A stretch of 64,000 nucleotides of DNA from Bdellovibrionota bacterium (GTDB taxonomy: Bacteria > Bdellovibrionota_C > UBA2361 > JBGSMV01): the NCBI GenBank assembly GCA_041739995.1, contig JBGSMV010000031.1, positions 1 to 64,000 of the forward strand. The letters are read 5' to 3'. Shown here piece after piece: positions 48,776-57,710 of the stretch (positions within the stretch are counted from its first letter, which is position 1; the number at the start of each line of letters is the position of its first letter). The position numbers and the translations under genes are program-made. The notes beneath the pieces were generated by a model. The model was not told the origin of the DNA. It did no database searches and worked only from the letters and a program-made list of their open reading frames with translations.

Positions 48776-50875
48776 CTATGGCGCCATCCCAAGCAAGTGG
48801 AAACATTCGACGGCCGCCGCGACGCTCCAGGCTTGAAACGGACATCCGCGCGGATGATACGGATCACTCGCATCGCAAATTTCAGAGATACTCCCTACCC
48901 CAGCCTCTCGAAGATGAGCCTTGATTGCAGCTAACGCTACATCGCCATCGCTCCTAAGATCTGCGGGGGTTCCATATCGGGCTACGGCCCTAAGATAGGG
49001 CGCGAGAAGCCATGGCCAAACCGTGCCTTGATGATAAGCGCGGTCGCGCTCAGAGGGTCCACCTGCGTAAATTCTTGAGTACCCTGGGCTCGATGGAGAA
49101 AGCGTGCGAAGGCCTAAACCTACAAACAGCTCCTGTCTTACAAGCTTCAACATCCGACGAGCAGACGCCTCTGGAATCAGCTCGAATGATGTCATACCTG
49201 CTTCCTGGTCAGGTTGAGCAGCTCCGACCCCCGGCATTGAGAGGCTAAGCGCCAGAATCTGATTCGGTCGCAAAAGCACATCCTCTGTCCACGACCGAGC
49301 GGTGCGATCATACAAGAGACAGTCCGCGAGGTGCCCTTCGGCTTCGAGCCAGAAGCTCTTCACGAAGGCGCGCGCTGCGGCATTTGCCCGAGCTTGATAG
49401 CGCTGCGCGGATTGAAGATCTCCGAAAGTTTCGTTTAATCGAGCGAGCACCAGCAGCGCATTAATCCAGAGCGCATTGATCTCGACGGGCTTGCCATGAC
49501 GAGGAGTCACTGGCACTCCATCTGCTCGCGCATCCATCCATGTCAGCTGAGTCGAAGAGTCTCCGGCGCAAAGCAGCCCATCACTATCAACACGAATCTG
49601 ATAGTCAGTCCCGCGCGTAAAGTTCTCCGCGATGTCGGTGAGCATGGGCAGAAACTGCTTTTCAACTACCTCGCGCTGTAAGCTCTCACGCAAGAACTGC
49701 CAAACTATCTCAAAGGCCCAAAGACTCCCGTCAACACTGTTGTACTCTGGAGCGGCGTCTCCGTCCGGAAACCGATTAGGGAGAAGTCCATGACGCATAT
49801 GCTCTTTGAAGAGCAGAAGAACATCTCGCGCTTCATCAAACCTTTGCGTACACAGACAAAGCCCTGGGATTGAGATCATGGCGTCTCGACCCCAGTCGGT
49901 GAACCACGGATAGCCCGCGATAATTGAAGAGCGCCGGGCTCCGCGCCGCACAATGAACTGATCAGCGGCAAGGAGCAGCGCTTGATACTCTTCAGCCTGT
50001 ACACCAGTGCCGGCGAGAGTCAGGCGCTCTCTTCGAGCGATCTCCTTTTCCCAAAGCGGCTCCAAGCTACGCGATTCAGAGCGTTTTTTGGGCACCTTTC
50101 CAATTTCTTCGTTCTCATGCCGCCCAGCGCTGTCGATACCGGCATGACAATGAAGGAACACCGGGTGATTAGGGAAGAGCGCAAGATGTAATGAACCTGG
50201 CGTGAACAAATCTTCTCCCGCCTCGAACCCGCGCTCGGCCTCCGCTCGATACCAGAAGTTAGTCCACCAGTCGGGCTGTGCAACGAAGCGTCCTTGTTCG
50301 ATGCGAACCTCAAGACTCGGCAACCCATGATAAGTCGGGCAGCGAAGCACCCCTTGTTCAAAAGTGGCAAAAGTATCGATATCTGGATTTTGGCGAGTGA
50401 GGGCGTGGATGTCACGTCCGGCCATGAATAACCGAAGCTCAAGAAGACAGGCGGATGCTCCCTCTAAAAGCTCATAACGCAGCATCGTCGAGTTTTCCCC
50501 ATGCAGCGCAAGAATCGATTTTCTGACTAGGAACTCTCCGACTCGATAGTCGAAATCGACAGCCGAACCACGCTCGAAGCGTTCGAGCCTCTGAAAGCCT
50601 TGAGGGTGCACGCAGCGACCTTCACCGCTATTGAATTCATCTGAAGATAGCTCAAACCTTTCGCGCCCAACTACCAAGGTCTCAAGTAGATGCGAGAGTA
50701 CGACCCAGCGCTGAGAAGTACTTTGAGCAGCGACTAGTAATCCATGATATCGGCGCGTATTCGCGCCACAGCCAGTACCCGAAGCCCAGCCACCAATGCC
50801 ATTGGTATCGATCCACTCGTAAGCCGACGAGCGATCGAACGTGGTAAGAGATTCTTTGTTGAGCACAATTGTCAT
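48776..50875 (-). CDS. Glycogen debranching enzyme / amylo-alpha-1,6-glucosidase (archaeal-type, GDE_N + GDE_C)
   Basis: EWIDTNGIGGWAS, TRRYHGLL, IIAGYPWFTDWGRD, LTWMDA...TPRHGKPVEINALW, YHQGTVWPWL and GCPFQAWSVA. Confidence 0.95.
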   Translation of the reverse strand: MTIVLNKESLTTFDRSSAYEWIDTNGIGGWASGTGCGANTRRYHGLLVAAQSTSQRWVVLSHLLETLVVGRERFELSSDEFNSGEGRCVHPQGFQRLERFERGSAVDFDYRVGEFLVRKSILALHGENSTMLRYELLEGASACLLELRLFMAGRDIHALTRQNPDIDTFATFEQGVLRCPTYHGLPSLEVRIEQGRFVAQPDWWTNFWYRAEAERGFEAGEDLFTPGSLHLALFPNHPVFLHCHAGIDSAGRHENEEIGKVPKKRSESRSLEPLWEKEIARRERLTLAGTGVQAEEYQALLLAADQFIVRRGARRSSIIAGYPWFTDWGRDAMISIPGLCLCTQRFDEARDVLLLFKEHMRHGLLPNRFPDGDAAPEYNSVDGSLWAFEIVWQFLRESLQREVVEKQFLPMLTDIAENFTRGTDYQIRVDSDGLLCAGDSSTQLTWMDARADGVPVTPRHGKPVEINALWINALLVLARLNETFGDLQSAQRYQARANAAARAFVKSFWLEAEGHLADCLLYDRTARSWTEDVLLRPNQILALSLSMPGVGAAQPDQEAGMTSFELIPEASARRMLKLVRQELFVGLGLRTLSPSSPGYSRIYAGGPSERDRAYHQGTVWPWLLAPYLRAVARYGTPADLRSDGDVALAAIKAHLREAGVGSISEICDASDPYHPRGCPFQAWSVAAAVECFHLLGMAP

Positions 50876-51082
50876 CGTGTCTCATCGTCACCCGTTCCAC
50901 CTATTGGGTGCAAGAAAATCCTTGTTGTCTGCGGTGACAAGAAAAGAAACGGTGATTGGTACCCTGGAGTGGCAATTCAGAAGAAAGGAAAGTGCAGTAG
51001 TCGAGAACTCGAAGTTCCTACTGAGGGCAACCTCCAAGCAGTTCCAAGGGGGTACCCTCGAGAACTACTGCACTCTTCATGG

Positions 51083-51116
51083 GGGAACGGTCATCGGGAA
51101 CGGTCATCGGGAACGG
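51083..51116 (+). repeat. 13-bp tandem repeat, ~2.6 copies
   Basis: GGGAACGGTCATC GGGAACGGTCATC GGGAACGG. Confidence 0.8.
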
Positions 51117-51201
51117 AAACGACTGTCTCGCGAGCGAGATAAGACGACTACGTTTGACCAATGAGGAACCAACAAGTGAAACGGTCAGAGCGGCGGCTTC
51201 C

Positions 51202-51615
51202 CTATTGTTGGAAGCACTCGAGCGGTTCGATGCCAAGCTGCTCAAGCAGATGGCACTCGACATCAATGCGCCCACAGATGTCGAAGTCCAATCCACGCGG
51301 ATCGGTCGACCAGTCCTCCATGCCCGCAGCAGCTGCCTCTCGCAACGCTGCCCTGCTGAGGTCGTACCCCAGAGGATCCAGTTTCGCTGCCTCCCTCAGC
51401 TTCTCCGCCATCTGGCGCAAAAGCCTGAGCAGGCGGGTGTCCACCCCGTTGGGCCCCGTGCTGTGTTGCGCCATCGCTCGCGTCAGACGCTGCACTGCCG
51501 GAACGAACGGCCGAAACTGTTCGGGGGCCATCAAGAGCGCTACGGTCTCGCTCATCAGGGTCGGGCCCACTCGCTTGATGGTTCCACCACTCAACGCTGC
51601 AGAAGCTGCCACCAT
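51202..51615 (-). CDS. Small hypothetical protein (137 aa)
   Basis: ATG 51615 is preceded by a strong SD (AAGAGGAGA); helical, protein-like sequence. Overlapping plus-strand ORFs exist. Confidence 0.55.
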   Translation of the reverse strand: MVAASAALSGGTIKRVGPTLMSETVALLMAPEQFRPFVPAVQRLTRAMAQHSTGPNGVDTRLLRLLRQMAEKLREAAKLDPLGYDLSRAALREAAAAGMEDWSTDPRGLDFDICGRIDVECHLLEQLGIEPLECFQQ

Positions 51616-51905
51616 CGGTGTCTCCTCTTTCGTGCAAAAAACGGGGTGCGTATGTTTCTTGTCAGAGCCGGCAACAAGCCGATTCGACAAACGACTAAAA
51701 CCTGAAAAAGTCTCTCGACTACTGAGTCGTCCTTGCTAACACAACCCTAATACTTAGGCAATTTGAGGCGCAAAATTCCTAAAAAGCCTTCTATTAAAGC
51801 TAGAAACATACCGATATTTTTCGACTCCGGAGCCCGCCAGAAAGGGGAGGCAGGTGACGGTGTAGCGACGGGGGCTGAGCAAGCCTTCTTGTTAGAATTT
51901 TTTAT

Positions 51906-52028
51906 CGCGGGGACAGGGAGGAAGCGGAGACCCAAAAACGTCGCTGTTGGTATGAATTTGGCTTTGTTTTCTCTCGGCGTCGACGATTGGGTAAGCATCT
52001 AGAACTCCGCTCTCTCCGTGTCTCCGCG
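51906..52028. repeat. Intergenic inverted-repeat element with 8-9-bp periodic arms
   Basis: Left arm CGCGGGGACAGGGAGGAAGCGGAG (51906-51929) versus right arm CTCCGCTCTCTCCGTGTCTCCGCG (52005-52028): 20/24 complementary, flanked by T and A tracts. Confidence 0.7.
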
Positions 52029-52083
52029 CAACAAAAACCGAACTGAAAAGCTCCCCCCCCTCGAACGCTACTAGGCGTGAGCT

Positions 52084-53856
52084 TTATTCAGCTCTATTGA
52101 GGCGCAGCAGATTTAGGTCGACTACCTTGCTCAAGCCATCTACGTACACCAGCGCAGGAAACGCCTCTGTCCTTGGCGTTTCCGGCAGCGAAAAGTAAAT
52201 GAAGTCATTCGGATCTCGGCTACGCACCTCCGCCATCACTGGACCGAACGGCTCAAAATATTTAGCGCGACTAAGCGCCTGCGGTCGAAACTTACTGCGT
52301 TCGAACACTAAGTAGTCGATATGTTCCGCCTGAGAGCTTTCCAGCACCTTGTCCCACGATGCGGCATAATGCATTTCAAGCGCGATAAAGGTGCGGCGCT
52401 TCATCTCAGCATAATACCCATCATAAAAAGGATGCGCCGTCTCCGTGGTGACATAACCCTGCCGCGCCCCGTAAAGCATGACCGGATCGATCCATGTCGG
52501 ATGTCCGGCGACCACAGACTTCAGTGGAGTGTTGCCCTTCATCCAGGTCCAAACTTCTCCGCGCTTGGTCCTCCACCAGTTAAAATTCATTTTTCCGTAG
52601 AGTCCGTTGCCCGACCCGGTATAAACCAGTGCACCCACCAGACACAGCGCCATTACGGACTTCCAATGCCGCTTTAAACGAATCGGGGCCTTCCACTGGG
52701 CGCTGCCTATCGGAAGATCCTCACGCACCGCAAAGAGTCGCCAAAATCCAATGGTAAATGCAGTGATAAAGAAAAATGCCAGCGGGATCTGAAGATGCCT
52801 GTCGGGAACGTATAAACGGAAAGCCAGTGGCCTACTTGCAAAATAAACAGCCATCGTCGCTATAAAAAAGCACCACACTGACTTCGGGACAAACGCTCGG
52901 CCACGCCACACTCCCAGCAAAAGAAGCAGCGCAGTCAACCCCAAGACAACTTCTGCCATGTTTCGTTCCACCACTCGCCATGGTTGGTAGAACCTTCCGA
53001 CGAACGACTGAAACCCAAAGCTCCTCACTTCGCGTTCAATCGGATTCATGGGCAAGAATGGGAAACGTCCTCCTTTGCGCTGGAACTCAGGCATGTGCGT
53101 AGCCTGTTCGAGCGTTGCCATACTTCCGACTTCTTCTGGCATTCTCACCACAGAAAGGGCCAAAAGCGCACAAAGCGGACTAACCACAAGCAATCGCTTC
53201 AAGTGCGGAAGAAACTCCTTGCGCGTCGCCGGCATCGCCACATTCCACACAAGATAAAGTCCATAGGCCAACGCAGCTATCAACGTAGAGGGTGTGTGGA
53301 TCAGACATCCCACCACCAGAGTGGCGATGACCCCCCAATGATTTCCCGAGATCACAAAATACAGGAAAGCAGCCAGCACCGTCGGACTCCACCCACGTGG
53401 CAAGCCACCCGTCATACGCTGCATCACATGTCGCGTATGAAGTAACCATGTTACAGCAAACAAGGCAGGTACAGTCCCCGCGGCGTGACGAACTGCAAGA
53501 AAGAGAAATCCGACCGCACCAAGCACCTGTAGCAACATGACCCAGTGCCCCATCATGACCGGGTCTTGGGTGAGCCACGTGATGCCCCAACTAATCCAGT
53601 AGTGCAGCGGCGCCAAGTAGCACACCATCATGCGGGTGATGAAGTCGCCCTCAAACAATTCAGGGTGCAGCACTCGGTGGAACGGGAATACCTGCTGAAG
53701 CGAGTCGTCAGTAACCCAGTCAGGATGGAACCATTCGGGGGAAACTGACGCCACAAAAGCATAGGCATAGGCCAAGAATCCCGCCCATGCGAACCAAGTC
53801 AGTAACGATGTCTCAGAGAGTGTCTTTTTAAAATGCACAGCCCAGGCAGGTAACAC
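52084..53856 (-). CDS. Polytopic membrane protein, GT-C-fold glycosyltransferase-like
   Basis: About 10 TM segments, acidic DD in the first external loop (WVTDDSLQQ), and a C-terminal soluble domain (WMKGNTPLKSVVAGHP...IDYLVFE). Confidence 0.6.
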   Translation of the reverse strand: MLPAWAVHFKKTLSETSLLTWFAWAGFLAYAYAFVASVSPEWFHPDWVTDDSLQQVFPFHRVLHPELFEGDFITRMMVCYLAPLHYWISWGITWLTQDPVMMGHWVMLLQVLGAVGFLFLAVRHAAGTVPALFAVTWLLHTRHVMQRMTGGLPRGWSPTVLAAFLYFVISGNHWGVIATLVVGCLIHTPSTLIAALAYGLYLVWNVAMPATRKEFLPHLKRLLVVSPLCALLALSVVRMPEEVGSMATLEQATHMPEFQRKGGRFPFLPMNPIEREVRSFGFQSFVGRFYQPWRVVERNMAEVVLGLTALLLLLGVWRGRAFVPKSVWCFFIATMAVYFASRPLAFRLYVPDRHLQIPLAFFFITAFTIGFWRLFAVREDLPIGSAQWKAPIRLKRHWKSVMALCLVGALVYTGSGNGLYGKMNFNWWRTKRGEVWTWMKGNTPLKSVVAGHPTWIDPVMLYGARQGYVTTETAHPFYDGYYAEMKRRTFIALEMHYAASWDKVLESSQAEHIDYLVFERSKFRPQALSRAKYFEPFGPVMAEVRSRDPNDFIYFSLPETPRTEAFPALVYVDGLSKVVDLNLLRLNRAE

Positions 53857-53965
53857 GGATTTCGATTGGGAGCCAGACTTGTGTCCAACAGACCGTCACG
53901 AAAATGCACTGTCAACAGAGTGCACCGCCGAAACCGATTTGAGCGCCACGGAGCGCATTCTCGGA

Positions 53966-55180
53966 CTAGCCGTCACAGAAGGGTCTAAGATCGTCATGAA
54001 AAAGGGTACGAACATCAAGCACCCGTTGCCCGCTAAAGCCACTGGTCGCAAGAAACCAGGAGTACGGCTTGGCAGGACGGGTTAGAGTCGCGAAACTTGA
54101 AGCCGACGTAATCGTGCGAATGAAGCGTCCATTCGCTCCGGAAAACAAGCGCACCTGAGCATCGTCACCGACAACTACTGCTTCAGGAATACAATCAAAA
54201 TCAATATCGGATATCCAATCCATCACGCGCGAGTTCAGTCGAGTCTGCAAGGCCAAATTCGATCCGAAACCTCCCGCGATAGCGATACCATACATTAGTC
54301 GCCCAGAGCGCCCGTCGTAGACTCGCATGGTGTGATTCGCCACGGACTTAACCAATAGCGAGACCGCGTACTCTGGTACTAGATCTCCGTTAAGGTCGAC
54401 GCCCTCGTGCACATCATCGCCAAGCAGCAAGTCAGGACTCGTTGCGGCTTCCTGGTGCAGGAGGCTCAGATCTGCCCCAGAGAGGATTGAGTACGCGCCA
54501 CCCTTAGGGTTGCCGCGCGGAACTCCGCCTACCAAGATATCAGGCAAGCCGTCGAAATTCCGGTCGCCAATGGTTGCGAGGCTTTGCGCAAACTGACTTT
54601 GTGCTGAATTTTTTAGCTTCTTGAGCTTGCGGCCGGTAAGTCCGGAGTACATGGTCAAAGTGCGCTTCTCTGGACGATTTTGTGTCGCTCCGACTGCGAA
54701 ATCTTCAATTCCATCGCGGTCGACATCACCAAGTCTTGTAATATCAAGAACCGAGGTGACAATTCCCTTCTTTGCAAGCCGCTGCTTACGAATCAGCTGA
54801 CCCGTTCCAGAATAGAGAAAAAGCTTGTCCGCTCGACGGCGTGAACTCGCTTCTGAAGTGATCGCTATGTCGGCGAGCCCGTCACCATTTACATCGCCAA
54901 GTCGAAAAGCACGTGGCTGCCTGAGGCCCCTGGTCGCAGGAATTATCGAGGCGACGACTCCTAGGCTCCTCCCTTCCACAAATTGAATTTCTTCTAGCGT
55001 ATAGGTCTGCCGCTGTGCATTGAAGAGCGACCGCAGAATCACGACGTCACTGCTGCGATCACCCGTAAAATCGCCGGTTTTGAACATGGCGCGGGATTGA
55101 ATCACGGACTGAGCACTCGCCAAGGTCGCAAGCACTAACCCATTGATACATATAATAAAAAAGCTTCTTAGCAAAAACAT
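53966..55180 (-). CDS. Secreted FG-GAP/VCBS repeat (integrin-alpha-like beta-propeller) protein
   Basis: Signal peptide; repeats GDFTGD, GDVNGDGLADI, GDVDRDGIEDFAVGA, GDRNFDGLPDILVG and DLNGDLVPE, each followed by (L/M)YSG.TG-type strands. Confidence 0.88.
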   Translation of the reverse strand: MFLLRSFFIICINGLVLATLASAQSVIQSRAMFKTGDFTGDRSSDVVILRSLFNAQRQTYTLEEIQFVEGRSLGVVASIIPATRGLRQPRAFRLGDVNGDGLADIAITSEASSRRRADKLFLYSGTGQLIRKQRLAKKGIVTSVLDITRLGDVDRDGIEDFAVGATQNRPEKRTLTMYSGLTGRKLKKLKNSAQSQFAQSLATIGDRNFDGLPDILVGGVPRGNPKGGAYSILSGADLSLLHQEAATSPDLLLGDDVHEGVDLNGDLVPEYAVSLLVKSVANHTMRVYDGRSGRLMYGIAIAGGFGSNLALQTRLNSRVMDWISDIDFDCIPEAVVVGDDAQVRLFSGANGRFIRTITSASSFATLTRPAKPYSWFLATSGFSGQRVLDVRTLFHDDLRPFCDG

Positions 55181-55273
55181 TAGCAGCCCTCTCTGGATGC
55201 GAAACCGTACCTCTCACAGCTATGTTATGGGGCCAAATCAACCGGTGATGCTTTAGGATCGGAAGGACGAAAA

Positions 55274-56815
55274 CTAGGCGCCTGTGGCCTTCCTAGAAGC
55301 CGCAAAGGTCTCACGCAAAGCAGTGGGAAGTGTTTCGGGCGACGCGTTGACACAGTCAAACCATCCGACCACGGCGCGTTTCTCCTCTGTCTGTAGCTCC
55401 CACCACTTCTTGCCATCAGGAAACTTATGAAGTTTTCGGGCGAGTGGTTCGAAAATTCCCTCTCGCAGTCCAGCGACTACTTCTTTCACGCCAGAGGAAT
55501 ATGACATTTCACCATCAAGTAACCCAAGCAGCGCCGCGCGCGATCTCATTCCATCACCAAGCACTGCCATTGCTGCTGCCACATGTTGTTTAGGCATAGT
55601 GATGGCCAGATTCGCCATGAAAAGTCTTTGGTCCGCTCGCTTAAATCGATCGCCACACTGTTCAATCGCCTCTGGTGGAATAATGGATATTCCCAAGGTT
55701 GCATAAGAAGATGGTTGATATCCAGGAGACCGGAATACCAACCTACCTAGAAATCGTCTGCTATCTTTTGGTTCACCAAGGTCTTGAATCGAGACTAAGC
55801 CGCGCTCCAGTTTAAGCTTTGTCGCCTTCTCTGATGAATCACCAAATTCTTTCCGCGCAGCCTCCATAATGGCGTCCTTAATGCGCTCCGCTCCGCCATT
55901 CCAATGGATCGGAGCAACCGGAGAACCGGGAAGTTGCACGAAGCCCCACTGCTGAAAATCATTCAACATAAGCCGCCCATCGACTTCCCTTGCCCGCTCG
56001 TCGGAAATGTTTGCAGTTACTAGGTTACCCTTACCACCAAAGAACACTGCCACAGTTGAGGAAACCCCTTGGGCGAAAGTCCTGTCCGTGTCAGCAACTC
56101 CGCTCGCAAGGAGATATTTACTCGGAAGTTCACTAGTCCTCGTAGCGCGAGAATTCAGAGCAGCCGGCTCTGGCTTCCCACTTGCGTCAGCTCGCTCAAG
56201 CGACATATCTGCTGTTTTGTTGGAAGGAATCGGAAGCGTCTCCATGCGCGGCACGCTTAGCGAACGCTCAGCCATGGCAAGCAGCTTTGCTTCAACTATG
56301 CCAAGCGCATCTTTCTTCTGCTTAGCGAACGCGTCTCGTAACGCATCATAGATTCGAAGAACGTCTGCCTTATTTGATTCTCCAATTTCGGAGAGTGGCG
56401 CTACGTCTTCACCGCCAAACCGTACGCGCTGCATCTGTATGTTCGTCTCGAATTGAGCCGGCTCGGAAACAGCAAATCGAGTTATTTTCAACCGAATGGA
56501 TTCAAGCGCTTGGGGCCCTACGTCTGGCTTGTGAAGTCCTTCAAGCGTTCGTTGAAACTCTATAATGGTGCTGCATTCATGATTAAATGGACGCCGAAGC
56601 GCTTGTTTGATCTTCGGATCAAAGCTGCGAGTTAACTCTTCGTACTTAGTCGCAACCTGTTTCGCCTCTCCGGAAAGATGTCGAACACGCCTATGAATCT
56701 CATCGCGCCCGGTAATAGCTAGAGGAGAGACCCCTCCGAGCTGAGAACCAACCTGCGCGGAGCTTCCGAGACGGGCCCCTCGACCTAGAATTCCCCCCAT
56801 TCCTACTTGCGACAT
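55274..56815 (-). CDS. Hypothetical protein
   Basis: 513-aa ORF with GAGG SD and a Gly-rich low-complexity N-terminus; no recognised motif. Confidence 0.75.
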   Translation of the reverse strand: MSQVGMGGILGRGARLGSSAQVGSQLGGVSPLAITGRDEIHRRVRHLSGEAKQVATKYEELTRSFDPKIKQALRRPFNHECSTIIEFQRTLEGLHKPDVGPQALESIRLKITRFAVSEPAQFETNIQMQRVRFGGEDVAPLSEIGESNKADVLRIYDALRDAFAKQKKDALGIVEAKLLAMAERSLSVPRMETLPIPSNKTADMSLERADASGKPEPAALNSRATRTSELPSKYLLASGVADTDRTFAQGVSSTVAVFFGGKGNLVTANISDERAREVDGRLMLNDFQQWGFVQLPGSPVAPIHWNGGAERIKDAIMEAARKEFGDSSEKATKLKLERGLVSIQDLGEPKDSRRFLGRLVFRSPGYQPSSYATLGISIIPPEAIEQCGDRFKRADQRLFMANLAITMPKQHVAAAMAVLGDGMRSRAALLGLLDGEMSYSSGVKEVVAGLREGIFEPLARKLHKFPDGKKWWELQTEEKRAVVGWFDCVNASPETLPTALRETFAASRKATGA

Positions 56816-56980
56816 GCCTAAACCTCAAAACTGAAGCTATTCAAATGTCTAGCTCCCCCGAGACTGTTATGCGGAATGCTCGTCGAAAGGGAACACTAGC
56901 GCACCGCACCCTGGAGGTAGGTCCGCTATCAACGAATAGTAAATCTTTTAATTTCAGCTAGTTATGCTCGATGGTATATT

Positions 56981-57598
56981 CTAGCGCTGCTCATCAAAGA
57001 ACTCGACGCGCCCGGTATCTAGAGAGTATTCCGCCCCCACTATCATGAGACCAGAACTTCGAAGCTGCTCAAGAATCGGCGATCCGTTACGTAAATGATC
57101 AGCAGAAACCTTAACGTTCGCGCGCACCGCACGCTGAACAAGCAGCTCTCGATTCTTACCGTCATCGCCAATCAGCAGCGGCTCCACGGCAGGCTTGATG
57201 CGATCGACGATTGATTTCACATTTTTTGATTGCTGGTCAGATGGTCGGCGAAGCTCGTCGATAGTCGCCAAAATCGCTCCGCAGTTTGAGTGCCCCAAGA
57301 CCACCACCAACTTCGTCCCAAAACGATCTGCAGCAAACTCAACGCTACCAATCTGCGAAGGAGCCACGATGTTACCAGCGACGCGAATGACAAACAGATC
57401 TCCAAGTCCCTGATCGAATACTATTTCCGCGGGCACACGCGAATCAGAGCATCCGAGAATAATAGCAAAGGGCTCCTGGCCATCGGCCAACTCACGACGA
57501 CGGGTCGGTGTGGTTACCGTTCCATCGCCACGACCATCAGCTACGAATCTAAGGTTTCCTTCTTTAAGTCGCCCGAGAGCTTCGCGCGCAGTAATCAT
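56981..57598 (-). CDS. Beta-class carbonic anhydrase
   Basis: LKEGNLRF, Zn ligands GCSDSRV and GHSNCGA, GDLFVIRVAGN and YSLDTGRV; AAGGA SD. Confidence 0.97.
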   Translation of the reverse strand: MITAREALGRLKEGNLRFVADGRGDGTVTTPTRRRELADGQEPFAIILGCSDSRVPAEIVFDQGLGDLFVIRVAGNIVAPSQIGSVEFAADRFGTKLVVVLGHSNCGAILATIDELRRPSDQQSKNVKSIVDRIKPAVEPLLIGDDGKNRELLVQRAVRANVKVSADHLRNGSPILEQLRSSGLMIVGAEYSLDTGRVEFFDEQR

Positions 57599-57710
57599 TC
57601 TCTATTCCTTTAAGTTCAGTCGCTCTAATGGCTTCTGACCGTATCAATTGAATCCGTCTTTCGATACATAAATCGCACCTCACAAAGCATTATGCTTCGC
57701 GACTTTTCAT

